Below the pieces are notes generated by a model. The model saw only the letters and a program-made list of their open reading frames with translations, was not told the origin of the DNA and ran no database searches. Below are positions 35,751-48,817 of a stretch of DNA of 64,000 nt, piece after piece (the stretch's first letter is position 1; the number at the start of each line of letters is the position of its first letter). The position numbers and the translations under genes are program-made. The stretch covers positions 2,356,001 through 2,420,000 of the forward strand of contig CM030336.1 of NCBI GenBank assembly GCA_017654855.1. The letters are read 5' to 3'. The DNA comes from Podospora anserina (taxonomy: Eukaryota).

Positions 35751-37597
35751 TTTATCGATGGATTTTCGATCTGTGTGGCTGTTTTTACGAGTGTCAAGTT
35801 ACAAATGCGTGGTGGGCTGGATGGGCGCTGGCGGTATCAATTGGCACCGATTCTCAATTCTGAACGTGGGGCAAGATTTTGGCAGTAACATTTTTCTGTG
35901 GTACAGCTAGATATGGCCCGAGCTTTTTGGCGGGGCGCCGTTATGTCCGAACATTTCAACGACGTTCTTTTGGAGCCGCATTCTTGAAAGTGAAATATTC
36001 GCAATTTTGACATTCACCTTCAGAAGACATCGCCACGTCTAAAATTGTCGCCTCAGCTCAAAAAAACGTCGCCATTCCGACGCTGAGCGGCCACCGGAGC
36101 TACAGGATTATCGCCCTCGAATCTCCATGTCTCCGCCGAGCGGTTCAAAGGCCGAGCCGGCAAGGCCCCGGGTGGCCCCACTTTCAGGTCTCCAGGTCAG
36201 CAGAAAATTTCATGGCAGCTTTCCTTGTGCCCGCGCGCCAAGACCTCTTGATATTTTGGCGCCATAACGTTTAAAGTACCCGCTCCACGAAACCGGGAGA
36301 CCCGTTTCGGATCCCACCAGATGCCGAACCCGTCAGGAACCTCCAAACAGCACAACTAGCTGGCTGTGAGGACAGCTGCGCTCATGAGGCTGTCCCGGTG
36401 CACCGACGGATATACCGGTGTCGTTGTGGCGGCCGGTGCTCTTTATACCAGACGGCATGCGGGGTTGTGATCAACGGGGTTGTTGCGTCACTTTTTTAGC
36501 CTTGCAGGGTTGGCGAGAGGCTCTTATCGCGTGTCACCCCGCGTTTTTTCGAGATGCCGCCCATAGTTGACAGGCTTTGACGCAAGCGTGCCGTCTGTCT
36601 CCTCTTCATAGCGCTGTGTCAGTGAACGATGTACAAGACGCTTGGAGCTGCGGAAACAGTCTCCCATCCTCAAATATTTGTTCTATGTGTCCTACAAGTT
36701 GTGTAGAAGTGGTCGGTGATTGGTTATACCATCCCCGGCATTGGCTAGAATCTTTGAAGAAGACCCCACGTGGGGAACTTGGGAATGGATTCGAGCTCGG
36801 TGACCGGCGGAAAATGCTGCGGGATTTCGCCGTGATGGAAATGAAGCTCATCAGAAGAGCTCCTGTCCCAATGTCAGCTTATGATAATTTCAGGAGAGGC
36901 TGTGATCTTGCCCAGCGCTTGTTGGCGGCTTGAGAGGCACATGAATCAGCTGCAGCACATGTCATCAGCACCGTAGCACCCCCAAGCCTCAGATACCCCG
37001 GTCGTAAGCTCCGGCTTGAAACAACCACAACCCCTGTGAAGCTTGAGGGAGTCGAAATTCCATATTTGATTGAGAGGAGCTTCGAAGCTCTTTGTTGTCT
37101 CCGTAGCCAATACCTCTAGAGATCAGGAGGGAAACAGGTCGCTGCCTCGGCTATTCGTGCTCGCGTCGGTCGGAGTCTAGGTGCTGTCGTTACCCTTCAT
37201 CCGATATCCCTGCCCCTCATTGGCAACAGAGCAAGCGTCTGCGAGGCCAGGTACCGCTCGCAGCTGCAGCCTCCTCTCGCTAGTCTCTCAGGGTGCCAAC
37301 CCGGAAACCCTGGTGTTGTTTTGTCGTGTGTGTGTGCCCGTGGTCGCCCAATGTCTCTTCGTGCTTGGCGTCCCCCAGGCCACGGCAACGGGATCAAAGA
37401 CAGTGGTAACAATTCAGGACTCATAGACAGATAGCAGCAATAAGGGCTGGGCATGCGACATAGACCACTCACGCGGCTTTGATCGGAAAAAGAACAGCCA
37501 TAAGGGGAAGGGATTGGGGAGAGGGCTAACCTGATTCGAGCTGGCAGCGATGTCATGTCCTGCGATCCAGTGCTCCCCCACAATGCGGGAGAGCATA

Positions 37598-37617
37598 ATC
37601 GGCGGGGTTCTGATTGG
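37598..37617 (-). promoter_or_regulatory. Candidate CCAAT-complex/HapX bipartite site (CCAAT-N12-GAT)
   Basis: The minus strand reads CCAAT CAGAACCCCGCC GAT about 250 nt upstream of the aconitase ATG. Confidence 0.4.
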
Positions 37618-37868
37618 CCAGCTGGCAGGTCTCCATCCGGACGAGATACTTTCTCGGCTATGACGGTGGCAGCAGCTCCAGCAACAGGTCCTCCGGTTGC
37701 CACTTATGACCTAAAATCCCTCCTTGCGAGTTTCTTGCTATCTTTTTAAATTCTCCTCCACTTTTTCGCTCTTCTCTTCCTCCAGAAGCCACCTGGTTTG
37801 CAACGTCAACACCTTCTACCTCAATTGACTCTGTGAAGCTGCGCTCACCGAGCTGATCGTAAGGCAAG

Positions 37869-40538
37869 ATGATGGCTACTCGTCAGCTCCTGGGCGCTGC
37901 CCGGAGCCGCGCTGTGGGCAGCGCGAGCCTGGGCCTCCGGCGCACCATGGCTACCGTCTCCGACTCTGCCCTTGACAAGAAGGTGAGCACTCGACCGGCT
38001 GGGACGACAACCTGGGAAGCACTGGTGATCATGGCTTATCTGACACATGCTCGCGCAAACAGGTCAAGCAGAACAACTGGGAGGAGGGCAACTTCATCAA
38101 CTACAAGAAGATGTCTGAGAACCTCGCCATTGTCCGTTCCAGACTCAACCGCCCTCTCGCCTATGCCGAGAAGATTCTCTACTCCCACTTGGACGATCCC
38201 CATGGACAGGAGATCGAGCGTGGTGTCTCCTACCTCAGACTTCGCCCCGACCGCGTTGCCTGCCAGGATGCTACCGCCCAGATGGCCATCCTTCAGTTCA
38301 TGTCCGCCGGCATGCCCTCCGTCGCCAACCCCACTACCGTCCACTGCGACCACTTGATTGAGGCTCAGCAGGGTGGTGAGAAGGATTTGGCTCGCGCTGT
38401 TGGTATCAACAAGGAGGTCTACGACTTCCTTGCCTCTGCTTGCGGTATGTTCTCCCTGTGCTCTCAGCACTTCTTTCAACTTGGTTTAGAACAATATACT
38501 AACATATGTAAACAGCTAAATATAACATGTAACATATGCGTATTCCTGCCATCGAGAACGATTTACTGACATGATTATAGCGGTTTCTGGAAGCCCGGCT
38601 CTGGTATCATTCATCAGATTCTTTTGGAGAACTATGCTTTCCCCGGTGGTCTCCTTATCGGCACTGACTCCCATACCCCCAACGCTGGTGTAAGTTGAAT
38701 GCGATGGCGAAAGAAAATCAGGCGCTGACAGGAAATAGGGTCTCGGTATGGCTGCCATTGGTGTCGGTGGTGCTGACGCTGTCGATGTTATGGCCAACCT
38801 CCCCTGGGAGTTGAAGGCGTAAGTGCTTTTAGCGTAAATCTTAAAATGTGCGCAGCGCTAACATTTTCATAGTCCCAAGGTTATCGGTGTTAAGCTGACT
38901 GGCTCTCTCTCTGGCTGGACTTCTCCCAAGGATATCATTCTCAAGGTTGCTGGCATTCTCACCGTCAAGGGTGGCACTGGTGCCATCGTTGAGTACTTCG
39001 GCCCTGGTGTCGACAGCTTGTCTGCCACTGGTATGGGTACCATCTGCAACATGGGTGCTGAGATTGGTGCCACCACCTCCCTCTTCCCCTTCAACGACCG
39101 CATGTACGACTACCTCAAGGCCACCAAGCGTACCGAGATCGGTGACTTCGCCCGCTCTTACGCCAAGGAGCTCCGTCAGGATGACGGTGCCGAGTACGAC
39201 CAGCTCATCGAGATCAACCTCTCTGAGCTCGAGCCCCATATCAACGGTCCCTTCACTCCCGATCTTGCTACCCCCATCTCCAAGTTCGCCGAGGCTGCCA
39301 AGGCCAACAACTGGCCCGATGAGGTCAAGGTCGGTCTTATCGGCTCTTGCACCAACTCCTCGTACGAGGATATGTCCCGCGCCGCCTCCATCGCCCGCGA
39401 TGCCCTCAACCACGGCATCAAGTCCAAGGCTCTCTTCACCGTCACCCCCGGTTCCGAGCAGATTCGCGCCACCATTGCCCGTGATGGCCAGCTCCAGACC
39501 TTCGAGGAGTTCGGTGGTGTCGTTCTTGCCAACGCTTGCGGCCCCTGCATTGGTCAGTGGGATCGCCAGGACGTGAAGAAGGGCGAGGCCAACTCCATCA
39601 TCTCTTCCTACAACCGTAACTTCACCGGCCGTAACGATGGTAACCCCGCCACTCACTCCTTCGTCACCTCCCCCGATCTCGTCGTCGCCATGTCCATTGC
39701 CGGCTCTCTCTCCTTCAACCCCCTCACCGATACCCTGAAGGACAAGGATGGCAAGGACTTCAAGCTCTCTCCTCCCACCGGCAACGGTCTCCCCGAGAGA
39801 GGCTACGACCCCGGCCAGGACACCTACCAGGCCCCCCCTAAGGACCGTGCCAACGTCACTGTCCAGGTCTCCCCCACCTCCGACCGTCTCCAGCTCCTCT
39901 CTCCCTTCAACGCTTGGGATGGCAAGGATGCCACTGACATGCCCATCCTCATCAAGGCCCAGGGCAAGACCACCACCGATCACATTTCCATGGCCGGTCC
40001 TTGGCTCAAGTACCGTGGTCATCTCGACAACATCTCCAACAACATGTTGATTGGTGCCATCAACGCTGCCAACGGTGAGGCCAACAAGATCAAGAACTTC
40101 ACCACTGGTGAGTGGGATGCCGTCCCCGCTGTTGCCCGTGACTACAAGGCCAAGGGCATCCGTTGGGTCGTTATCGGTGATTGGAACTACGGTGAGGGTT
40201 CTTCTCGTGAGCACGCCGCTCTCGAGCCCCGCCACCTTGGTGGTCTCGCCATCATCACCCGCTCTTTCGCTCGTATCCACGAGACCAACCTCAAGAAGCA
40301 GGGTATGCTTCCTCTCACCTTCTCCGACCCCGCCGACTACGACAGGATCAACCCCGATGACAAGGTCGACATCCTCTGCACTGAGCTTGCTGTTGGCAAG
40401 CCCATCACTCTCCGTGTCAAGCCCGCCAACGGTGAGGCTTTCGAGATCCCCCTCTCGCACACCTTCAACGAGGCCCAGATTGAGTGGTTCAAGAACGGTT
40501 CCGCTCTCAACACCATGGCCAAGAAGACCAAGAACTAA
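37869..40538 (+). CDS. ACO1: Mitochondrial aconitate hydratase
   Basis: Presequence [62 protein letters not shown] and [12 protein letters not shown]. Five introns and strong C-ending codon bias. Confidence 0.98.
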
Positions 40539-41519
40539 AATACCCCAAAATGTGACGTGCGTCATGAATCGGAGAATGAGAATGGTGGTGTGAGGGCCGA
40601 CAGGAAAGATCGGCGGCTTCTGGAACTATGGGAATTGGCGTAACCGCAGCAACTGTTTCCTTTTGTATGTATAGTCATGGCCTTGCATTTCAATGGTACT
40701 TGTCATTTATATGAATCTGGTGTCTGGGCTGTTGTTCAATGGTTTGTGTGGAATCTGGAATTTCACCGGTATACATTTGGAGTTGAGGGAACACCGCGTT
40801 CTTTGGTGTAAGTATACCGCTGGTGTATCGCTATCATTTACGTACGATGAATGAAGATTTGAAGAAAACTACCCGTTGTAATATCTTGAAATGTCGTCAT
40901 GTGTTGTATCAGCCTTATGCTACTAATTTTGGCGAAGATGCACCAACGTGGGGGCCGCACGTTGTTAAATAATTTATTTTTTTGGGTTGGATATCCTTAC
41001 CTGACTTTCCGCTACATATTGGCGAAGATGCCGGCCGGCAAGAGCCATTTTTCATATTATGCATTTATCGGGTTGATCAAATGCCAAACCAACCGTTATC
41101 CTTATCGCCGTGCAGCTGTCAGCATGTTGGATTATGAGGTAGGGTCCATCGCGCATCCGTCCAATTCCCTTGATGCATGCGCGGTTGGCTGAGGTCTCTT
41201 CCACTTTGGTTATTGTGGTTTCTTCCCGCATTTTCACACTCTTGATTTTATGTCATATACGCTAGAAGCGAGGTTTTGTTGAGGCATCCGGCGACGAAGC
41301 GAATGACCTGACGACGGCCACAATCGCAACGAAGCGAGCCGGTCGAACAGCCCAACGAAAGCGACGCAGGAAAAAGGGGCCTACCAGAAGAGAAGGGATA
41401 CGCAGTAATTGGTCCTGGAACATCACGACGATTCGGTTATATAACAGTTTAATCACGACTTTACGTTTTCTCAACACTTACCGTATTTTCCGGGAATAGA
41501 TACAACCAAATCAGACACC

Positions 41520-42507
41520 ATGCCACCCAACATCACCGCGCTCAACACCACCCGCGCGCGAACCTACGTCTTCCGGCTGCCGCTGTTTACACGAGTGGTA
41601 ATAATTGCGATTGTTGGATTCTGGCTGGCGGGGTTACAGAGCATAGTTGATATTCAACAATGGGGGGCGCTGATACCGGACGAGATGGGACTTGCTACTC
41701 GTATGCTTGCCCAATAACCCAAAAGAAGATGGACTACAAGACAGGGCTGACTGACGTTGGGGATAGTATACCGCATGAACACCTTTCCGTTTATCCACCT
41801 CAACATTTTCCACGCTGTGATGAACATACTCGCCTTGACACCTCTGATGGAGAGGTTTGAGGCTGAGTACGGCACGCTGAACTGCCTGGCGTTATTTTTT
41901 GGGCGTGAGTATCCCATCTGTGAACACTATGGAGTGACACGGCTGACAAATAATAGCATTAACAACCATTCCCGCGTTTCTGTACATCGGTTTGGAGAAA
42001 TTCGTTTTCGGTAACAACGTTGCAGTCATGGGAGCGAGCATGTGGGTGTTTTTGCTGCTCGGGGTGGAGGCGGTCAAGACTTACAAGGTCAATCCGAACT
42101 TTGTCATTGGGACGTACAGTATTCCTACTTGGACGACGCCGATTGGGGTGCTGTTTGCGATGGCGGTGTTGGTGCCGAGCTCGAGCTTTTGGGGACATGC
42201 GGCTGGGTTGGTGATTGGTTATGGTGGTATGTTTTCCTCAACTCTTAACAAGAAAGAAAAGAGACAGTGTGCTGACGTGAAGGGTGTAGCTGGTTTGGGC
42301 TATGTTAAGTTCCTTGCGCCACCAGAGAAGATTCTGAGATGGATCGAGGGGAAGCTGAATCTGCTGGGGAGACTGCCGCACTATGTGAGCATTGACCAGA
42401 AGACGTATGGCAGGTTTGGAGTGCTGCCTTCGAATAACACCCCTGCTGCTGCTTCACCAGGTGTTGCGTTGGGGTTGGTCGGGAGTACCCAGAGGTTAGG
42501 ACCTTAG
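41520..42507 (+). CDS. RBD2: Rhomboid intramembrane protease 2
   Basis: Four exons. YRMNTFPFIHLNIFHAVMN, catalytic GAS, SSFWGH and several TM segments. Confidence 0.88.
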
Positions 42508-42963
42508 ATTTGGGGGACGGGGATTGGGATTATGAGGCGATGTCTTGTATGAACAAAGTGTTGGGTTATGTTCTTCTTGTAATGTAATTCTAGCACGCTG
42601 GGTATACCATGGGGTTGGGAAGGTACGATGGGAGGGATAAGGGTTATGTTAATTTGGGCTGGAAGGTGAGCCCTGCTATAGATATGATATACGTAATGCT
42701 TCTCTTCGGGTTGGACATTCTTCAACTCGAATTCCAAAGTCAACATTTTCTTAAAACAAACCCCAAAAGCTGTTGAGCCGTTATGGTTAATAATTAACCC
42801 AATCAGGTTAGCGCAACCGCGTATTATGTATGAAACGGCGCGCCACGGTTTCGGTCCCCAATTAATCACACAAGCGCGCGACCCCTGATTCAGTAGGCGC
42901 ATCTGACAGCACAGCTCTCGAGAGAGCTTCCCGCTGCATGCAATTGACGGCACTGCAGTCAAG

Positions 42964-44935
42964 ATGCCGCGATTATTATGTGAGTAACTCAGAATCCTGG
43001 GACGACTACAGCTTGCTAACGGCTTGTTTCCTGAATAGCTAGCGCGCTGGCGCTTCGTCGCGACCCACGAATTCTAAAGATCCCACCATACCTCTCGTTG
43101 CTGTGCATCCTTGTCGGTGCGGTGTGGCTGTTCCTCCTCCCGCTGAACGAGTACTCGAGACGGACATACATTTCGGAAAATGCGCTTTTACCGGGACAGG
43201 TACATACTTATTTTGGGGGGAGTGACCAGAATGTTCTTAGGGCGTATAAGCAGGAGGTGAACTCGCTGGTGGGGAAGAGTAATGTCGAGTAGGTGCTTGC
43301 ATAGGATTGACTCGGGCTGGATGGTTGGGGGGCTGACAAGAGGAATAGGATCAACGACAAGCTCGAGTCGATAGTCAGAGGTCTTGGGCTCAAGACGGCG
43401 AGGCAGAACTTTACGTATCATGCGGCGGGACGGACGTTTGAGGGGGAGAACCTTTATGCGATCCTTCAGGCTCCGAGGGGAGATGCTACTGAGGCCATTG
43501 TTCTGGTGGCTGCTTGGGAGAATGTCAAGCATGAGGTTAACAAGAATGGGGTTCCTCTGGTGTTGACTTTGGCGAGATATTTCAAGAGGTGGTCGCTTTG
43601 GTCGAAGGATATTATTATCCTTCTTAGTCCTGACAGCATCGCTGCTCCTCAGGCTTGGGTTGATGCCTACCATGATGCGCACGACAACTCCCGGGTGGCC
43701 AGCCTGCCTATCAAGTCGGGGGCTCTTCAGGGGGCTATTGCTATTGACTATGTTCAGGAGAACCGCTTCAAGAGCGTTCATATTGTTTATGATGGCGTCA
43801 ACGGCCAGCTTCCCAACCTCGACTTGATCAACTCCGTTGTTAATATCGCCGGAGGACAGATGGGTATGGGCGTGGCTTTGCAGGAGATGTGGAACCACAA
43901 TGACAAGTATCCTGACCGTCTTCGCACCATGCTTCGGGGTATGCTCAAGCAGGGTCTTGGCCTTGCCAGCGGTCCTCACAGCAGCTTCATCCCCTACCAC
44001 GTCGACGCCGTTACTCTTCAACCCTTTGGCGAAGGCTGGCAAGATGAGATGGCCATGGGCCGTGTCGTTGAGGGTACCTTCCGCAGCTTGAACAACCTCC
44101 TCGAGCACCTCCACCAGAGCTTTTTCTTTTACCTGCTCATGCACCGCGAGCGCTTCGTCAGCATCGGTACTTACCTCCCCAGCGCCATGCTGGTAGCCGC
44201 CAACTTCACCATCATGGCCATCTTCCTCTGGATGAAGAGCGGGCAACCCGAGATCCCGGCCGCCTCAACCACCGAGTCTTCCGACAAGGACGACGCCCCA
44301 ACACCAACCACCGAGCGTGATCTCTTCCTCCCTCTGGCGGTAGTAGCCCTATCCGGCTCCCTCTCCGCCATCCCTCTCTACATCTTCAACCACGTCCCCG
44401 AATCGGTAAGCCATCCCCTCCCGTTCCCCCCCCCTTTTTTTTTCTTTCTTTTTACTAACCCTCCCTTTAGGCTCTAACCCCCCTCTTCTACCTCTTCCTC
44501 CTAATCAACACCCTCTTCCCAATAACCCTCTCCCTCACCATAACAACCCTCTTCTCCCCAACCCTCCAACAATATCACCTCGTCAAATCCTTCTCCCTCC
44601 TGCTCCTGGGCATGTTCCTCTCCTCCCTCGCAACCCTCAACTTCTCCCTCGCAATGCTCATCGGCCTCTTATCCGCCCCCCTCTCCTTTGTCAAACCTTC
44701 CTCCTCCCCTGTGTCCCGCATTGTCGGGTTCGTCCTCCTCAACCTCACCAGCCCCCCCGCTGTCCTGCTCGCCAGCGCGGCGATTTGGGGTCTCAACGTC
44801 GGTGACATCTTGCGCGAGGCAGCAGTGGCGTGGCATGTGACGGGGACGTACTCGGCCGTGGTGGTCTGGTGCGTTTGGTGGCCGGCTTGGTTGGCGGGGT
44901 GTGTTTGTGTTTTGGGGAGGCCGGGTCGGGATTAA
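42964..44935 (+). CDS. GAA1: GPI transamidase component
   Basis: Four exons. RRTYISENALLPGQV, LQAPRGDATEA, WSLWSKDII, NGQLPNLDLIN, RSLNNLLEHLHQSFFFY and C-terminal TM helices. Confidence 0.95.
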
Positions 44936-45324
44936 GAAGAGGAAAAGAAGGTGAAGAAGGCTTGACGGAGTAAAAAGATTTTGTTTTTGTTGGCGTTGAT
45001 TTAATTTTTTTCGTCATCTATCATGGAAGACAGCAAAAAAAGGGGAAAATATTTACATCAGGAGACAGGAGTGCATAGTTTATACCATATCCACCAGTAC
45101 CCAAGCCAAGTTTGCAAATACAACGACATCAAAACCCAAGCTTCAGTGTATAAGATCATAAAACGCTCAGACTTTCATCATTTGTCTAATTACGTCAAGG
45201 GTTGTACAAGGCTACTACTCTATGCCATGATTTCCACACGCCAGTCTAGCCCAGCATCGAAGCTCGCTGTTTCTTTTCTCTCTCACTCCTCATCCATCAA
45301 CGTCTTGTCCCGTCTAAAATCCGA

Positions 45325-46538
45325 CTAAGCAGCCCAGACGTCCTGCCCGACCTTCTCAATCCAGTTGCCCAGCTGCTCCACACTGGAATCCCACTCCTTC
45401 AACCTCGACCTCATGTTCTCAATCTGCGTCATATCCAACACCTTGGGCTGCACCCAGTTGATATGCGCCACCTCATCCACCTGGTCAATCGTCCCCCTCA
45501 ACAGCCCCAGACTAAGCGCCTTCATGATCAGATGCTCAATCTCGTGTGGCTTGACCTTTGTCTCTGACGCAATCGTGTCAAACGACATGGCCCTGTCGTG
45601 AGGGGGACGTCTAAACACCGCCTCGGTAAGCGCAGCGAGGTAAATCTTCTCTCTGAGCTTATTAGAGTGCGCCGCCAGCAGAGGATGAGCCTGGATCTGG
45701 TTGGCCAGCAGGTCATACTGCACCAGATCCCCCTTGTTGAACGCAAACACCAGGTCCCTTAGCCACTTGTCCTCCTCCCTCTCCTTGAGCGCATCCAGAA
45801 TAGGGTGGAGGAGCAGCTCGCCAAAGTTGTAGATGGAGGCACTCACGAGCGCGGCGATGGCGAGGTCGTGTGCCCTGTGGCGGCGCTCCTCGTACGGGAG
45901 GTTCTTGACGTCGATGCAGGCTAGGTAGAGGAGGGCGTTCTTGTAGTAGGCGCCAAAGTCTTGCTTGGCTTGGTAGTAATCCGCCTGGGCGTGGTAGAAG
46001 GAGGAGTGAACGATGGTCTCGACCGAGTCGAACTTGTCGAGGATGGATTCGGCCTTGTCGAGGTCTTTTCGGGCGCCGGGGAGGTCTTCGAGGTCGAGCT
46101 TGACGCGGGCGACGGCGATGAGGGCGAAGACGTGGGCGTCTTGGGAGTTTTCCTTGTCGACTCTGGTCGCTACGGATTGCATAAAGGCGAGGCGCTCGTT
46201 ATTGTCTGGTGGTGGGTGGGTTAGTATTGTTGCGTCATGTTGGAAGTTCAACGAAGGCGAAGTAAGCTACCTAGGCATTGTGTGGCGGCTTTGAGGGCGA
46301 GGTCGACGAGCTTGAGTTGGTTGATTCTGTCGGCGAACTTCAAGACGAAGACCTTGTAGAATTGTAGGCGTTGGGGGGCGCTCCCGGGGTGGTTGAAGAA
46401 CTCGATGAGCTTGTTGGTGAGTTCGTGCCAGAGCTTGCGCTCCCATAACGTCTCGAACTCCAGGACATGACCCTGGAGCTCATCGATGGTGTTATCCCGC
46501 TGCTCGGCGAGAAAGTCGGAGATGGTGTCGACGTTCAT
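45325..46538 (-). CDS. RPN9: 26S proteasome lid subunit Rpn9 (PCI domain)
   Basis: LWERKLWHELT, one intron near 46270-46208, YYKNALLYLAC, IYNFGELLLHPIL, IMKALSLGLLRGTIDQV and WVQPKVL. Confidence 0.95.
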
Positions 46539-46757
46539 GATGGCCGTCCACTGTGTGGTTAATTCTGTGGGTTAGATGGTGTGTTCACTATCGATCCTGG
46601 ATTCCTTCCGAATATGTGACTCGCGGGGGTATCAATCGAAGTTGAAATGTTGAAAGTTAAAGTTGAAGATGAAAGCTGCTTGAGGCTGCCCGCTGCTGAG
46701 AGCCCAGCTTCCCTCTTGACGCGGCAGGGCAGCCTATCGATGAGGTACGTACCTGGC

Positions 46758-46913
46758 GGGAGCTGGCCTGTGCTCCCTCTGCCTTGCTCAAGCTCCCCAC
46801 CCCTGATTGGCTAGCGTCATCGACGACCAGGGCAGTAGTGGGTCTGGGAGCTTTGAAGCGGGCGGGCAACTTGATGGTGGTGGTTGAATGCCAATTGACG
46901 AAACGAAGCTCCC
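46758..46913. promoter_or_regulatory. Four GGGAGCT elements in the RPN9/NDUFA9 divergent promoter (candidate Rpn4-type proteasome elements)
   Basis: GGGAGCT at 46758 and 46846, AGCTCCC at 46791 and 46907. Confidence 0.6.
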
Positions 46914-46999
46914 ATATTTCCGTATTTCCTCGACGACGCTCACGTCAATTGAGAGGGCCCAGCGCTTCTAGCGATCTCAAAGTCCACAGTCCAGTAAAT

Positions 47000-48484
47000 A
47001 TGGCCTCAATGCCGACCGCCGTGCGGACGGCGGCGCCCAAGATCGCCAGGAGCGCATTTCACCACCAGCGCCGAGCCCTTTCCGACGTCCACATCACGCG
47101 CACCGGCAAGCCTCTTATCCGCACCCAGGGTGGCCGGTCCGTTGCTTCTCCTTTTTGACTGAGACAAAAGGGGCCTTTCTGATAGAGTATCGACAGTTCT
47201 TCCATCGGCGAGCACACTGCCACCGTCTTCGGCGCCACTGGCCAGCTCGGTCGTTATATTGTCAACAGATTAGGTTCGAACTACCGAGGGGCAGAGGCAA
47301 TTATGAAGGGGGACTGACGGAATGTTGCGTGTAGCGAGACAAGGATGTACCGTCGTTGTGCCCTACCGTGAGGAGATGGCCAAGCGCCATCTCAAGGTGA
47401 CAGGTGATTTGGGTCGGGTTGTCTTCGTGGTATGGAGAGAGTCTTCAGGAAAGGAAACGAGAGCCATGATGCTAAAGAGGGGCTAGGAATACGACCTGCG
47501 CAACACCCAGTCGATCGAGGAGAGCGTCAGACACTCTGACGTTGTCTACAACTTGGTTGGCCGGAACTACCCTACCAAGTGAGTGCGGCGACGTTGGTCT
47601 TGGTCAAAGGGGGAAAGGGGGCTAACTAGGTCAGGAACTTCTCCTATGAGGATGTCCACATTGAGGGTGCTGAGAGGATCGCGGAGGCGGTTGCCAAGTA
47701 CGATGTTGATCGGTTCATCCACGTCTCTTCGTACAACGCCGACCCTAACCACGTTTCCGAGTTCTACTCCACCAAGGTATGTAGCCCCTGAACAGCCAAG
47801 TGGAAAGGTGCGGAGGTCTAACAGACTACACAGGGCCGTGCTGAGCACGTTGTCCGCAGCATCTTCCCCGAGACCACCATCGTGAGACCTGCTCCCATGT
47901 TCGGTTTCGAGGATAACCTGCTCCTCAAGCTTGCCAGCGTTGTCAACCTCTTCACCTCCAACAACATGCAGGAGAAGTTCTGGCCAGTACACGTCATCGA
48001 TGTCGGTGAGGCTTTGGAGAAGATGCTCTGGGACGACAACACTGCCGCCCAGACTTTCGAGCTTTACGGTCCCAAGCAATACGCCATGGCTGAAATCGCC
48101 AAGCTGGTTGACCGTGAGATCTTCAAGAAGCGCAGACACATCAACGTGCCCAAAGCCATCCTCAAGCCTGCGGCTGCCATCATCAATAAGGCTTTGTGGT
48201 GGGACATCATGTCGGCCGACGAGATTGAGCGCGAGTTCCACGACCAAGTAATTGACGAGACGGCCAAGACTTTCAAGGATTTGGACATTGAGCCCACCGA
48301 CATCAGCAAGTGGACTTACCATTATCTGGTACGTTTTATTTTTTATTTTCCCTTTTTGCTTTGTTTGCATCGACTAACCCCCTTCCAGCAAGGTTTCCGT
48401 TCCTCAACATTCTACGACCTGCCGCCTGCCACTGAAAAGGAGAAGAAGGAGGAGAGAAAGTATCTCCACGTTTTGGATGAGTAA
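47000..48484 (+). CDS. NDUFA9: NADH:ubiquinone oxidoreductase 40 kDa subunit (NDUFA9/NUO-40)
   Basis: Presequence, GGRSSIGEHTATVFGATGQLGRYIVNRL Rossmann motif, HLKVTGDLG, VYNLVGR and PVHVIDV. About six introns. Confidence 0.93.
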
Positions 48485-48817
48485 ACTGTTGTCAGGGGCC
48501 TGGGGTGGAGAGCACGGGACACCACGTAGAGTGTACATACCTATGTAACTAGAAATTTCCTTGGGTTGTGTGGGTTCAAAAGACAAGACGAAGAAGAGAA
48601 CCGTCGTTGTTGTTGTTGTTCAATTTTAATGCCAAGTAGTTGCAGTTGAAAGAGGCTGTTGCAACCCTCAAAACTGGGCTCTGGACTTGCCAAAAAATGC
48701 AAGATTTCCACAGATGGGTCCAAATTTTTGCTGCAGACTTTCACTTTCAACCGAACAGCCCCATCCAGTCACACCTTTTTGCTTCACTAACACTTCACAA
48801 CCAAAACTCACCCGAAA

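Noticed and set aside
40536..40544. Stop-codon readthrough (TGA-CTA type) cryptic PTS1 at the aconitase stop and other gene ends
   Set aside because: None of the stop contexts inspected has the readthrough motif.
38841..40565. 574-aa antisense ORF over aconitase
   Set aside because: Shadow ORF caused by the strong codon bias of a highly expressed gene; no recognisable motifs.
43188..44246. 352-aa antisense ORF over GAA1
   Set aside because: Antisense shadow of a conserved CDS.
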